DNA from: a virus
Direction: 5' to 3' (one strand)
DNA: 64,000 nt
Virus record (IMG/VR): IMGVR_UViG_3300027708_000051
Coordinates: 1 to 64,000 of that record
Shown here: piece by piece, positions 53,910-61,264 of the stretch
How the letters are laid out: each line of letters begins with the position of its first letter
How positions within the stretch are numbered: position 1 is the first letter of the stretch
Notes under the pieces: model-generated
The model's database searches: none
What the model saw: only the letters and a program-made list of their open reading frames with translations
Told to the model about the DNA's origin: nothing
Position numbers and translations under genes: made by a program

Positions 53910-54582
53910 TAAATGTTTAGTTGAAAAAGATGTTTGTGAATTTCATAAACATAATAGGGAAAAAGATGGTCGATTTCATCAATGTAAAGAATGCCGTAAA
54001 GTTAAAAGTAAAAATGATTATCATAAAAATAAACAAAATGATAAATCAATTATCACCGGAAAAACTTGTCCATCTTGTTTAATTGAAAAAGATATTAATT
54101 TATTTCACAAACAAATTGGGTCTAAAGATGGTTATAGGTCAATGTGTAAAGAATGTCGTAGTGATAAATTTAAAAATGATTATCAAAATTTACCTGAGTT
54201 TTCAAAAACACATAAGAAAAGAACCAAAGAATATGCTTTAAATAATCGTAAAAAAATTAACGAATATTTTAAGTTAAGATATATTAATAAACCTCACGAA
54301 TATGCTTGGAGGGGGATGTTAGGTTCAGTGACTAGACGATTTGGGGGTAAAAAAGAATCAACAACATATGAAATTTTAGGGTATTCTGCGGAACAATTAA
54401 AAGAACATTTAGAAACTTTATTTATTGATGGTATGTCTTGGGAAAATTGGGGGGAATGGCATATAGACCACATAATACCTATTAGTAAATTTGAAAAAAA
54501 CACTGACCCTAAAATAGTTAATTCTTTAACTAATTTACAACCTCTGTGGGCTTCAGATAATATAAAAAAAAGTAATCATTAA
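53893..54582 (+). CDS. HNH endonuclease with two Zn-ribbon repeats (paralog 2)
   Basis: CSKC..CKEC and CPSC..CKEC; GMSWENWGEWHIDHIIP...NLQPLWASDNIKK. Confidence 0.85.
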   Translation: MKKICSKCLVEKDVCEFHKHNREKDGRFHQCKECRKVKSKNDYHKNKQNDKSIITGKTCPSCLIEKDINLFHKQIGSKDGYRSMCKECRSDKFKNDYQNLPEFSKTHKKRTKEYALNNRKKINEYFKLRYINKPHEYAWRGMLGSVTRRFGGKKESTTYEILGYSAEQLKEHLETLFIDGMSWENWGEWHIDHIIPISKFEKNTDPKIVNSLTNLQPLWASDNIKKSNH

Positions 54583-54587
54583 AATAT

Positions 54588-54618
54588 TTTGTTTTTATTA
54601 GTTTTTTGTTTATCTTTG
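54588..54618 (+). promoter_or_regulatory. Bacteroidota-type housekeeping promoter TTTG-N19-TATCTTTG
   Basis: TTTG 54588-54591, 19-nt spacer, TATCTTTG 54611-54618, 5 nt before the primase ATG. Confidence 0.75.
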
Positions 54619-54623
54619 TCTTT

Positions 54624-55523
54624 ATGTCAGACGATGCGGAAATTTTATTAGAGATACTACACGAAATATTAGGTGATGAGAAACTTCATTACCAATCTAA
54701 AGGGCAGGTTAGTTTTAATTGTCCTGAGTGTGATGAGGGTAGAAACAAAGGAAATTTAGAAGTTAATTACTTTGAACATATTTGGCGTTGCTGGTCGTGT
54801 TCAGATGAAAACGGAACTCACGGAACATTAGGGAAGTTAATTGACCGATATGGTAATAAAAAACAGAAAAAAGTTTATAACTTACTCCAACCTGAAAATC
54901 ACAAACCAAAAGAGAAACGAGTTAATAAATTAAAACTACCCGAAGGATTTACCAAATTCAAGGATAGTAGTTTGGTTTATCCGGTTCGTCGTCAAGCTTA
55001 TAACTACCTAAATCAACGAGGGATAACAGATAAAATTATTGAGAAGTATGGAATTGGTTTTTGTGATAAGGGTGCGTTCTCAGGTAGAATAATAATTCCT
55101 TCTTATGATAGTAAGGATGAGTTAAACTATTTTATTGCCCGAAGTTGGGACCCAAATTCAAGAGCCAAATACAAAAATCCTGAGGCATCAAAAGATGAGA
55201 TAATTTTCTTTGAGAGTACAATCAATTGGAATGCCGACATTCATCTTTGTGAGGGTGCGTTTGATGCAATATTCTTACCTAATAGTATTTCTATGTTGGG
55301 AAAACATATGTCGGAATTATTACTTAACACAATATACGAAAAGGCGAACGGGAATATAATTATATGTCTTGACGCTGATGCGTGGCAAGACGCTGTTAAA
55401 TTATACCACAACTTAAATGGGGGTAGATTATATGGTAAGATTAAAATAATAAAATTAACGGGTGATGCCGATGTTGCCGATTTAAGGGGTGACATAAATA
55501 ATTATTTTTATACAATGAAATAG
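54624..55523 (+). CDS. DNA primase (Zn finger plus TOPRIM)
   Basis: CPEC...CWSC; YLNQRGI; RIIIP; KYKNP; EGAFDA; LDADA. Confidence 0.9.
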   Translation: MSDDAEILLEILHEILGDEKLHYQSKGQVSFNCPECDEGRNKGNLEVNYFEHIWRCWSCSDENGTHGTLGKLIDRYGNKKQKKVYNLLQPENHKPKEKRVNKLKLPEGFTKFKDSSLVYPVRRQAYNYLNQRGITDKIIEKYGIGFCDKGAFSGRIIIPSYDSKDELNYFIARSWDPNSRAKYKNPEASKDEIIFFESTINWNADIHLCEGAFDAIFLPNSISMLGKHMSELLLNTIYEKANGNIIICLDADAWQDAVKLYHNLNGGRLYGKIKIIKLTGDADVADLRGDINNYFYTMK

Positions 55524-56393
55524 ATGATAGATTTAAATGAGGCTGCAAAAGAAATAAGAGGGTTATTAGATAAACGAAGAGAGGAACTTGAATTAACATT
55601 CGTTGAGGATACCCACACTTATTATATGAAGGATGAAACCGGTGTAATCCGAAGTGATTATCCATCTGTTAGTAAGGTAATGAAATACTTTTACGAAGAG
55701 TTTGATACGGAAGGTATTTCACTAAAGAAAGCTAAAGGTGACCTTGAGGTTCAACAACAACTCTTAGATGAGTGGAAAGCCGCTGGAGACTATTCAACCA
55801 ATATGGGAAGTAGAGTTCACTATATGTTGGAGAAGAAAACGATTGAGATGTTTGGGAATTATAAAGAAGTAAGACAACCTATCTTTGAATGTGACTTTAC
55901 TCAAATATTAAAGGGGGATAGTATGATATCTGCGGGAACAGCATACTTGAACCTTATGGTTGAGAGAGGAGCTGTGTTATTAGATACGGAAATTGTATTG
56001 GGTGACCCCGAGTTGAAGTATACAGGACAACCGGATAAGGTGTGGTTGATTATGAATAAGGAACAAACTGAGTTTGGTTTGGTAATAACAGACTGGAAAA
56101 GTAATAAGCCGAAGAATTTTGAAGAGAATCATTTTACCAAAAAAATGTATTACCCGTTTAATAAGTTACCAAACAACGCGTTGGGTCACTACTTCACTCA
56201 ATTACCATTTTATGGGAAACTTCTTATTAAAATGTTACAAGGAACCAAATACGAAGACATTAAATTGTATGGGTGCGTAATTGTTCTTGTTAAAGAAATT
56301 GGACAATATGAAGAGTTCCGTGTTCCCAAGTCAGTTCAAGATACTATTTTGGAAATGGATATGTCAAAGTATTTGACAAAGAAACAAAAATAA
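55524..56393 (+). CDS. PD-(D/E)XK exonuclease (Cas4/RecB-like phage nuclease)
   Basis: PSVS, GSRVHYMLE, GQPD, ITDWKSNK, HYFTQLPFY. Confidence 0.75.
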   Translation: MIDLNEAAKEIRGLLDKRREELELTFVEDTHTYYMKDETGVIRSDYPSVSKVMKYFYEEFDTEGISLKKAKGDLEVQQQLLDEWKAAGDYSTNMGSRVHYMLEKKTIEMFGNYKEVRQPIFECDFTQILKGDSMISAGTAYLNLMVERGAVLLDTEIVLGDPELKYTGQPDKVWLIMNKEQTEFGLVITDWKSNKPKNFEENHFTKKMYYPFNKLPNNALGHYFTQLPFYGKLLIKMLQGTKYEDIKLYGCVIVLVKEIGQYEEFRVPKSVQDTILEMDMSKYLTKKQK

Positions 56394-56401
56394 ACTAAAT
56401 T
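56373..56401 (+). promoter_or_regulatory. Possible sigma70-type promoter TTGACA-N17-TAAATT
   Basis: Same TTTGACA-N17 geometry as the ssb promoter; 14 nt before ATG 56416. Confidence 0.4.
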
Positions 56402-56415
56402 TAAAAGAAAAACAT

Positions 56416-56631
56416 ATGGATGATTTATTACAACCAAAGATTGATTTAAAAAAACAACCTACCGTGGTGTGTGAGGAATGTGACTGCATATACTTCAAAG
56501 AAGTTGTGTTGATAAAAAAAGTTAACAAACTGTTAACCGGGAGTCAGGAAGACAATATTGTCCCGTTTCCTACCTATCGATGTGACGATTGCGGTCACGT
56601 AAACGAAGAGTTTAAATTATTTGATAAGTAA
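56416..56631 (+). CDS. Small Zn-ribbon protein
   Basis: CEEC...CDDCGH. Confidence 0.7.
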   Translation: MDDLLQPKIDLKKQPTVVCEECDCIYFKEVVLIKKVNKLLTGSQEDNIVPFPTYRCDDCGHVNEEFKLFDK

Positions 56632-56636
56632 GTAAT

Positions 56637-57425
56637 ATGATAAAGACCATCTGTCACTTCAGTGACTTACATATTAGATTATTCAAAGACCACGATTTAT
56701 ATCGTGGAATCTTGAATAATATGTTGGAACAATTCAGAGAGATTAAACCTTGTAGAATCGTGTTTACTGGTGATTTATTACATAGTAAAAACCAACTAAC
56801 ACCTGAGGCGATAGAAATGTCTTCTTGGGTATTAACTGAATGTTCTAAAATTGCTAAAATAATTTTAATTCCTGGTAATCACGACGCAAATTTGAAGAAT
56901 GATGAAAGGTTGGATAGTATAACACCTATTGTTGATAATTTAAATAATCCAAATATTGTTTATTACAAGAATAGGGGGGTTTATAAGGATGAAAATGTGT
57001 CTTGGTGTGTATATTCACAATTTCAAGGTAATATTCCTCCGGAAATTGATACTGCGGTTGGATTTAAGATTGGGTTATTCCACGACCCTGTTGCCGGATT
57101 AACCACAGATTTAGGATTTGACTTTGGTTCACACGCATATGACACTGAAAAGTTTAATGGTTTAGACCTTGTTTTATGTGGGGATGTTCACAAACGTGCG
57201 GTTTTTAATATACCAAATGGTAAAAGAGGTGTGATGATAGGTTCGTGTTTGCAACAGAACTATGGGGAAAGTATTACCAAACACGGATTTGGGGTTTATG
57301 ATTTAGAAACAGATGAGTATTTGTTTGTTGATTTACACAATCCAAAACCTTTCTTATCATTTAAGATGAAATCATTTGATGATATAATAAATGGAACTGA
57401 AAAATTAGTTAATAGTGGGAAATAG
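56637..57425 (+). CDS. SbcD/Mre11/gp47-like metallophosphoesterase nuclease (nuclease domain only)
   Basis: HFSDLH, GDLLH, PGNHD, FH, GDVHK, GSCLQQNYGE. Confidence 0.85.
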   Translation: MIKTICHFSDLHIRLFKDHDLYRGILNNMLEQFREIKPCRIVFTGDLLHSKNQLTPEAIEMSSWVLTECSKIAKIILIPGNHDANLKNDERLDSITPIVDNLNNPNIVYYKNRGVYKDENVSWCVYSQFQGNIPPEIDTAVGFKIGLFHDPVAGLTTDLGFDFGSHAYDTEKFNGLDLVLCGDVHKRAVFNIPNGKRGVMIGSCLQQNYGESITKHGFGVYDLETDEYLFVDLHNPKPFLSFKMKSFDDIINGTEKLVNSGK

Positions 57426-57597
57426 TTTAATAGGTAGAACTCTTGATTTGGACTTGGGGTCTACACCGGTTAATGTAACTATAAAAGAAATTACTGATAC
57501 CAAAGTGATTGTAGAATATAACCGCTCAACTCCGGGAAGAACTGAAGAGTTTACAATTATTGACTTTGAATATTTTAGTGGAATAAAAATTAAATAA
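57415..57597 (+). CDS. Hypothetical protein (60 aa)
   Basis: Coupled ORF. Confidence 0.5.
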   Translation: MGNSLIGRTLDLDLGSTPVNVTIKEITDTKVIVEYNRSTPGRTEEFTIIDFEYFSGIKIK

Positions 57598-57599
57598 AA

Positions 57600-57857
57600 A
57601 TGGGAAATTTAAGACAATCAATGACTGATTCCGAATGGAATGAAATAGAGAATCAGATTAAAAGAGATAGATTATTGGGAAAACCGGAACACGGACATAT
57701 TGCGGTTTGGGTGGATAAATTGACTATTAAACAATTAAAAAAACTTAAAAATAAGTTAAAGAAATGTGGTGTTGATAGTCACGATTGTTCCAAAGTTGAC
57801 CAATGGATAACGTATAATGAAAACAAAGAACGTGTTACAAATAAAACTAACACATAG
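57600..57857 (+). CDS. Hypothetical protein (85 aa)
   Basis: Coupled ORF. Confidence 0.55.
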   Translation: MGNLRQSMTDSEWNEIENQIKRDRLLGKPEHGHIAVWVDKLTIKQLKKLKNKLKKCGVDSHDCSKVDQWITYNENKERVTNKTNT

Positions 57858-58545
57858 TCAATTAAGTAGCGTCAACGAGTATTGTAAATTAAACAATATT
57901 GAGGATGTTGATAAGTTCATTACCAAATGTTATACCGAAGGGTTTAACATAAAAAAATATGGTTTACTTGGAGATGATTTGGGAAAAACGGATATTGTTG
58001 GTGAAAAACAGGTAGAAATTGAGGTAATCCGTGAAATACGGGTAGAAGTACCTGTTGAAGTTATCAAAGAGGTTGAGGTAGTTAAAGAAATAATCCGAGA
58101 AGTTGAGGTTATTAAAGAAGTTATAGTGGAAGTTCCTGTCCCAAATATAGATAAAATTGGGGACGAAAATAAAATAAATGAACTGTTGTTAAAAATACAA
58201 CAGTTGGAAAATCAAGAACCAATTATTAAAGAAGTTATGGTGGAAGTTCCTGTCACAAATTTAGACAATATTTGTGACAAACCTGAACCAATAATTGTTG
58301 AAAAAATTGTGGAGGTTATCAAAGAAGTTCCGGTTGAAACTATTGTGGAAAGAATAGTTGAAGTAGAAAAACCAAATGATAAGGTATTACTTCTTCAAGA
58401 AACTTTACAGAAACTTAGAAAAGAACTATCTTTAAAAAACACAAGGATTGAAGACCTTGAAAATATAAATAAACAATTGGAATCAATTAAAGTAAGTCAG
58501 GGAGCAGTCTATTTGAAAGGTTCAAACATAAATGAAACAATGTAA
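57817..58545 (+). CDS. Protein with VEVIKEV/VEVPV repeats and C-terminal coiled coil
   Basis: Repeated VEVIKEV / IVEVPV units. Confidence 0.65.
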   Translation: MKTKNVLQIKLTHSQLSSVNEYCKLNNIEDVDKFITKCYTEGFNIKKYGLLGDDLGKTDIVGEKQVEIEVIREIRVEVPVEVIKEVEVVKEIIREVEVIKEVIVEVPVPNIDKIGDENKINELLLKIQQLENQEPIIKEVMVEVPVTNLDNICDKPEPIIVEKIVEVIKEVPVETIVERIVEVEKPNDKVLLLQETLQKLRKELSLKNTRIEDLENINKQLESIKVSQGAVYLKGSNINETM

Positions 58546-58546
58546 T

Positions 58547-58825
58547 ATGGAAAATTATTATTTAAATGTTAGAGTTAGTGGTGGTAAGGAAGAAATACAA
58601 GAATTACTTGAATTACTAACAAAGATACAAATTTTAGGTTCAGTTGGGTCTAGCAGAACTATCCCGGTCACAGTAGATGGTGATGGTAGTGCTAGACTAC
58701 GTTTTGAAACGACCTCAACTGAAAATGACCAAATTGAAAAAATAAAAGAATTTCGTTCTATCCAAAAATTCATAAGTGAAGTTGAAGAAGGTGAGAACAT
58801 AAGTACACATTATATAGGAGAATAA
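58547..58825 (+). CDS. Hypothetical protein
   Basis: ATG 58547, 1 nt after the upstream stop. Confidence 0.6.
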   Translation: MENYYLNVRVSGGKEEIQELLELLTKIQILGSVGSSRTIPVTVDGDGSARLRFETTSTENDQIEKIKEFRSIQKFISEVEEGENISTHYIGE

Positions 58826-58887
58826 TATTTTTCCCGAACACATCATACATTTTATATTTTATGATATTTATATATAAAGGTTAAATT

Positions 58888-59613
58888 ATGAAAATATGTA
58901 AAAAATGTGATATTGAAAAATTGTTATGTGATTTTGGTAACAATAAAAATAATAAAGATGGTAAATCAATTTATTGTAAATCGTGTGAAAAATTAAGAAG
59001 TTCAGAATTTAGAAGTAAAAATTCGGATAAGATTAAAGAGAGTAGTAAAAAATGGAGAGATAACAATCCTGAAAAATATAAAGAAACTATTGATAGGTAT
59101 CTAACTAATAATCCGCATATGACTTCAAAAGAAAGATTAAAGAAATATCGTGAAAATTCTGAGTTTAGGGAAAAACAATTAATAAATAGAAAAGAATATT
59201 ATTTGAATAATGTTGAAAGTGAAAGAGAGAAAAGAAAACAATATTATTATAATAATAAAAAAAATGAAAGAAATAAAAATAATGAGTGGAAAAAAAATAA
59301 ATTAAAAACTGACTCATTAGAACGAATGAAAAAAAATCTTAGAAATAGGATACGAGAATTTTTAACAGGTGAAAATAAAAGTAAAAGAACCTTTGATATT
59401 ATAGGACTTGATAAAGAAAATTTTAAGTTGTATATTGAAAGTAAGTTTACTGAAGGTATGTCTTGGGAAAATTATGGTGAGTGGCATTTAGACCATATAA
59501 AACCACTTTATTTATCTGAAAACGAAGAAGATTTATTATCATTAAACCATTACACAAATTTACAGCCATTATGGGCTGAGGATAATATTAAAAAAAATAG
59601 AAAATATGATTAA
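58888..59613 (+). CDS. HNH endonuclease with Zn ribbon (paralog 3)
   Basis: CKKC...CKSC; GMSWENYGEWHLDHIKP...HYTNLQPLWAEDNIKK; own TATTTATA at 58865. Confidence 0.85.
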   Translation: MKICKKCDIEKLLCDFGNNKNNKDGKSIYCKSCEKLRSSEFRSKNSDKIKESSKKWRDNNPEKYKETIDRYLTNNPHMTSKERLKKYRENSEFREKQLINRKEYYLNNVESEREKRKQYYYNNKKNERNKNNEWKKNKLKTDSLERMKKNLRNRIREFLTGENKSKRTFDIIGLDKENFKLYIESKFTEGMSWENYGEWHLDHIKPLYLSENEEDLLSLNHYTNLQPLWAEDNIKKNRKYD

Positions 59614-59953
59614 CATTTTAACTTGGTTCATATTAAGCTACGGGCTTATGAACATTATGGTCTACGGGTCAATATTTCAAGGGGTAAGAAACTTCTTTAA
59701 AAATTGGGGTGAAAGTCAATTACCGTTTAACGGATTAGGCCACTTCATATCAGGTATATTAACCTGTCCGATGTGTTTTAGCTTTCACGGGGGTTGGTTT
59801 TTATCATTAACAGTATTCTCACCAACTTTAGCATTGTTTGGAACACCACTATGGATTAGTTGGTTCTTTGATGGGATTTTGTCATCCGGAGCTGTGTGGG
59901 CAATAAACGCTATTGTAGAATGGTTTGAGGAAAATAGACCAACAAAAAATTAA
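59606..59953 (+). CDS. Small membrane protein with CxxC (DUF1360-like)
   Basis: Three hydrophobic segments; ILTCPMCFSFHGGW. Confidence 0.55.
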   Translation: MINILTWFILSYGLMNIMVYGSIFQGVRNFFKNWGESQLPFNGLGHFISGILTCPMCFSFHGGWFLSLTVFSPTLALFGTPLWISWFFDGILSSGAVWAINAIVEWFEENRPTKN

Positions 59954-59956
59954 GAT

Positions 59957-60484
59957 ATGGAAAATAAATTAGGTGACTTTGTAATTAAGTTTTTGAAAGA
60001 TAAAACTGAGACGAGAAAGATTATTAAGTGTGATGATTTTTTTCAGTTGGTAAATGATATGGGTATTAGTGATGATAGTGATGAAATTGTTAATATTATA
60101 GATTATTTGGAAGACAATAATATAGATATAAATTTTCATAAAGCTAACACTCAAAATTTTTATACCCGATTTAGAAATATAGAAAGAAAAGTTCAATTAT
60201 CTAAAATGTTAAGAGGGTCTGAAACAGAAGTTCAAAAGATGATTAAGAAGGTTGAAAGTATTAAAATTGATGAGAGACCGGATTGGCTTGATTATTATAA
60301 AAATGAGGATGATGAAGATGAAACAACGTTTAATGGTAAACGAACTACAGATAGAGATAACAATTTGGGTCAAGACATTATTGATAGATTGACTAATGAG
60401 GTTAAGGAACGAATTAATAGTGAACCGGGGATTACTTTAGATGAAATACGAGAACAGATGAATCAAGAAATAAATAACAATTAA
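59957..60484 (+). CDS. Hypothetical acidic protein
   Basis: Coupled ORF. Confidence 0.6.
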   Translation: MENKLGDFVIKFLKDKTETRKIIKCDDFFQLVNDMGISDDSDEIVNIIDYLEDNNIDINFHKANTQNFYTRFRNIERKVQLSKMLRGSETEVQKMIKKVESIKIDERPDWLDYYKNEDDEDETTFNGKRTTDRDNNLGQDIIDRLTNEVKERINSEPGITLDEIREQMNQEINNN

Positions 60485-60496
60485 ATAAATACAATT

Positions 60497-60760
60497 ATGC
60501 CAAAGTCAAAATTACGTGGTGGAGCAAAGGCTCACAAAGCAAGAGTAACAACAAGAAACAACTCTCTTAGAGGATTAAGAAAAAAAGCTCAAGCAGAGTA
60601 TACTGAAATGTTTGAGAAACAAATGGAGGAGTTGAAAGCCCAATATCAGTCTGAGAATGGTGAGACAACAGAATTAAACGCTGAGATTATGGGTGATGTA
60701 AATGAAATTAACATAACTGATGTTGAAGTTTTAACACCTGAAGTGACTAATGAGAACTAA
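60497..60760 (+). CDS. Hypothetical protein (basic N-terminus, acidic C-terminus)
   Basis: MPKSKLRGGAKAHKAR... Confidence 0.6.
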   Translation: MPKSKLRGGAKAHKARVTTRNNSLRGLRKKAQAEYTEMFEKQMEELKAQYQSENGETTELNAEIMGDVNEINITDVEVLTPEVTNEN

Positions 60761-61259
60761 GATAGTATCAGCATTTCCCGGGGTAGGAAAAACTACCTAT
60801 CATAAAAATAATCCTGATACCACTTTGGATTCCGATTCAAGTGGTTTTAGTTGGGTTATTGATGAACACGGTAATAAAACAAGAAACCCAAGTTTTCCTC
60901 AGAACTATATTACTCATATTAAAGAGAACATTGGAAAACACAAATACATCTTTGTTTCTTCACATAAAGAAGTGAGAGACGCGTTATTGGACAACTGTTT
61001 ATATTTCTATTTGGTTTATCCGGATGATAACAGAAAAGAGGAGTTCATCCAACGATATAGAGATAGAGGTAACGATGAGAACTTCATTAAACTAGTTGAT
61101 TCCAAATGGGATGATTGGATGAGTGAATTTTATTGGATGGATAGAGGATGTGAAAAACTAACCGCATATGATGGTTGGAACTTGGATACCGTGTTGGTGG
61201 CTCAGGATAGAAGAGATGGTGGTGATTCCATTCAAGAAGAAGTAGAAGAACTGAATTAA
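60750..61259 (+). CDS. P-loop NTPase / nucleotide kinase-like protein
   Basis: IVSAFPGVGKT Walker A, LDSDSS, IFVSSH. Confidence 0.7.
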   Translation: MRTKIVSAFPGVGKTTYHKNNPDTTLDSDSSGFSWVIDEHGNKTRNPSFPQNYITHIKENIGKHKYIFVSSHKEVRDALLDNCLYFYLVYPDDNRKEEFIQRYRDRGNDENFIKLVDSKWDDWMSEFYWMDRGCEKLTAYDGWNLDTVLVAQDRRDGGDSIQEEVEELN

Positions 61260-61264
61260 AACAA

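Noticed and set aside
55524-56393. Cas4 as part of a CRISPR-Cas system
   Set aside because: PD-(D/E)XK motifs only, no Fe-S Cys cluster, no array or other cas genes; replication context
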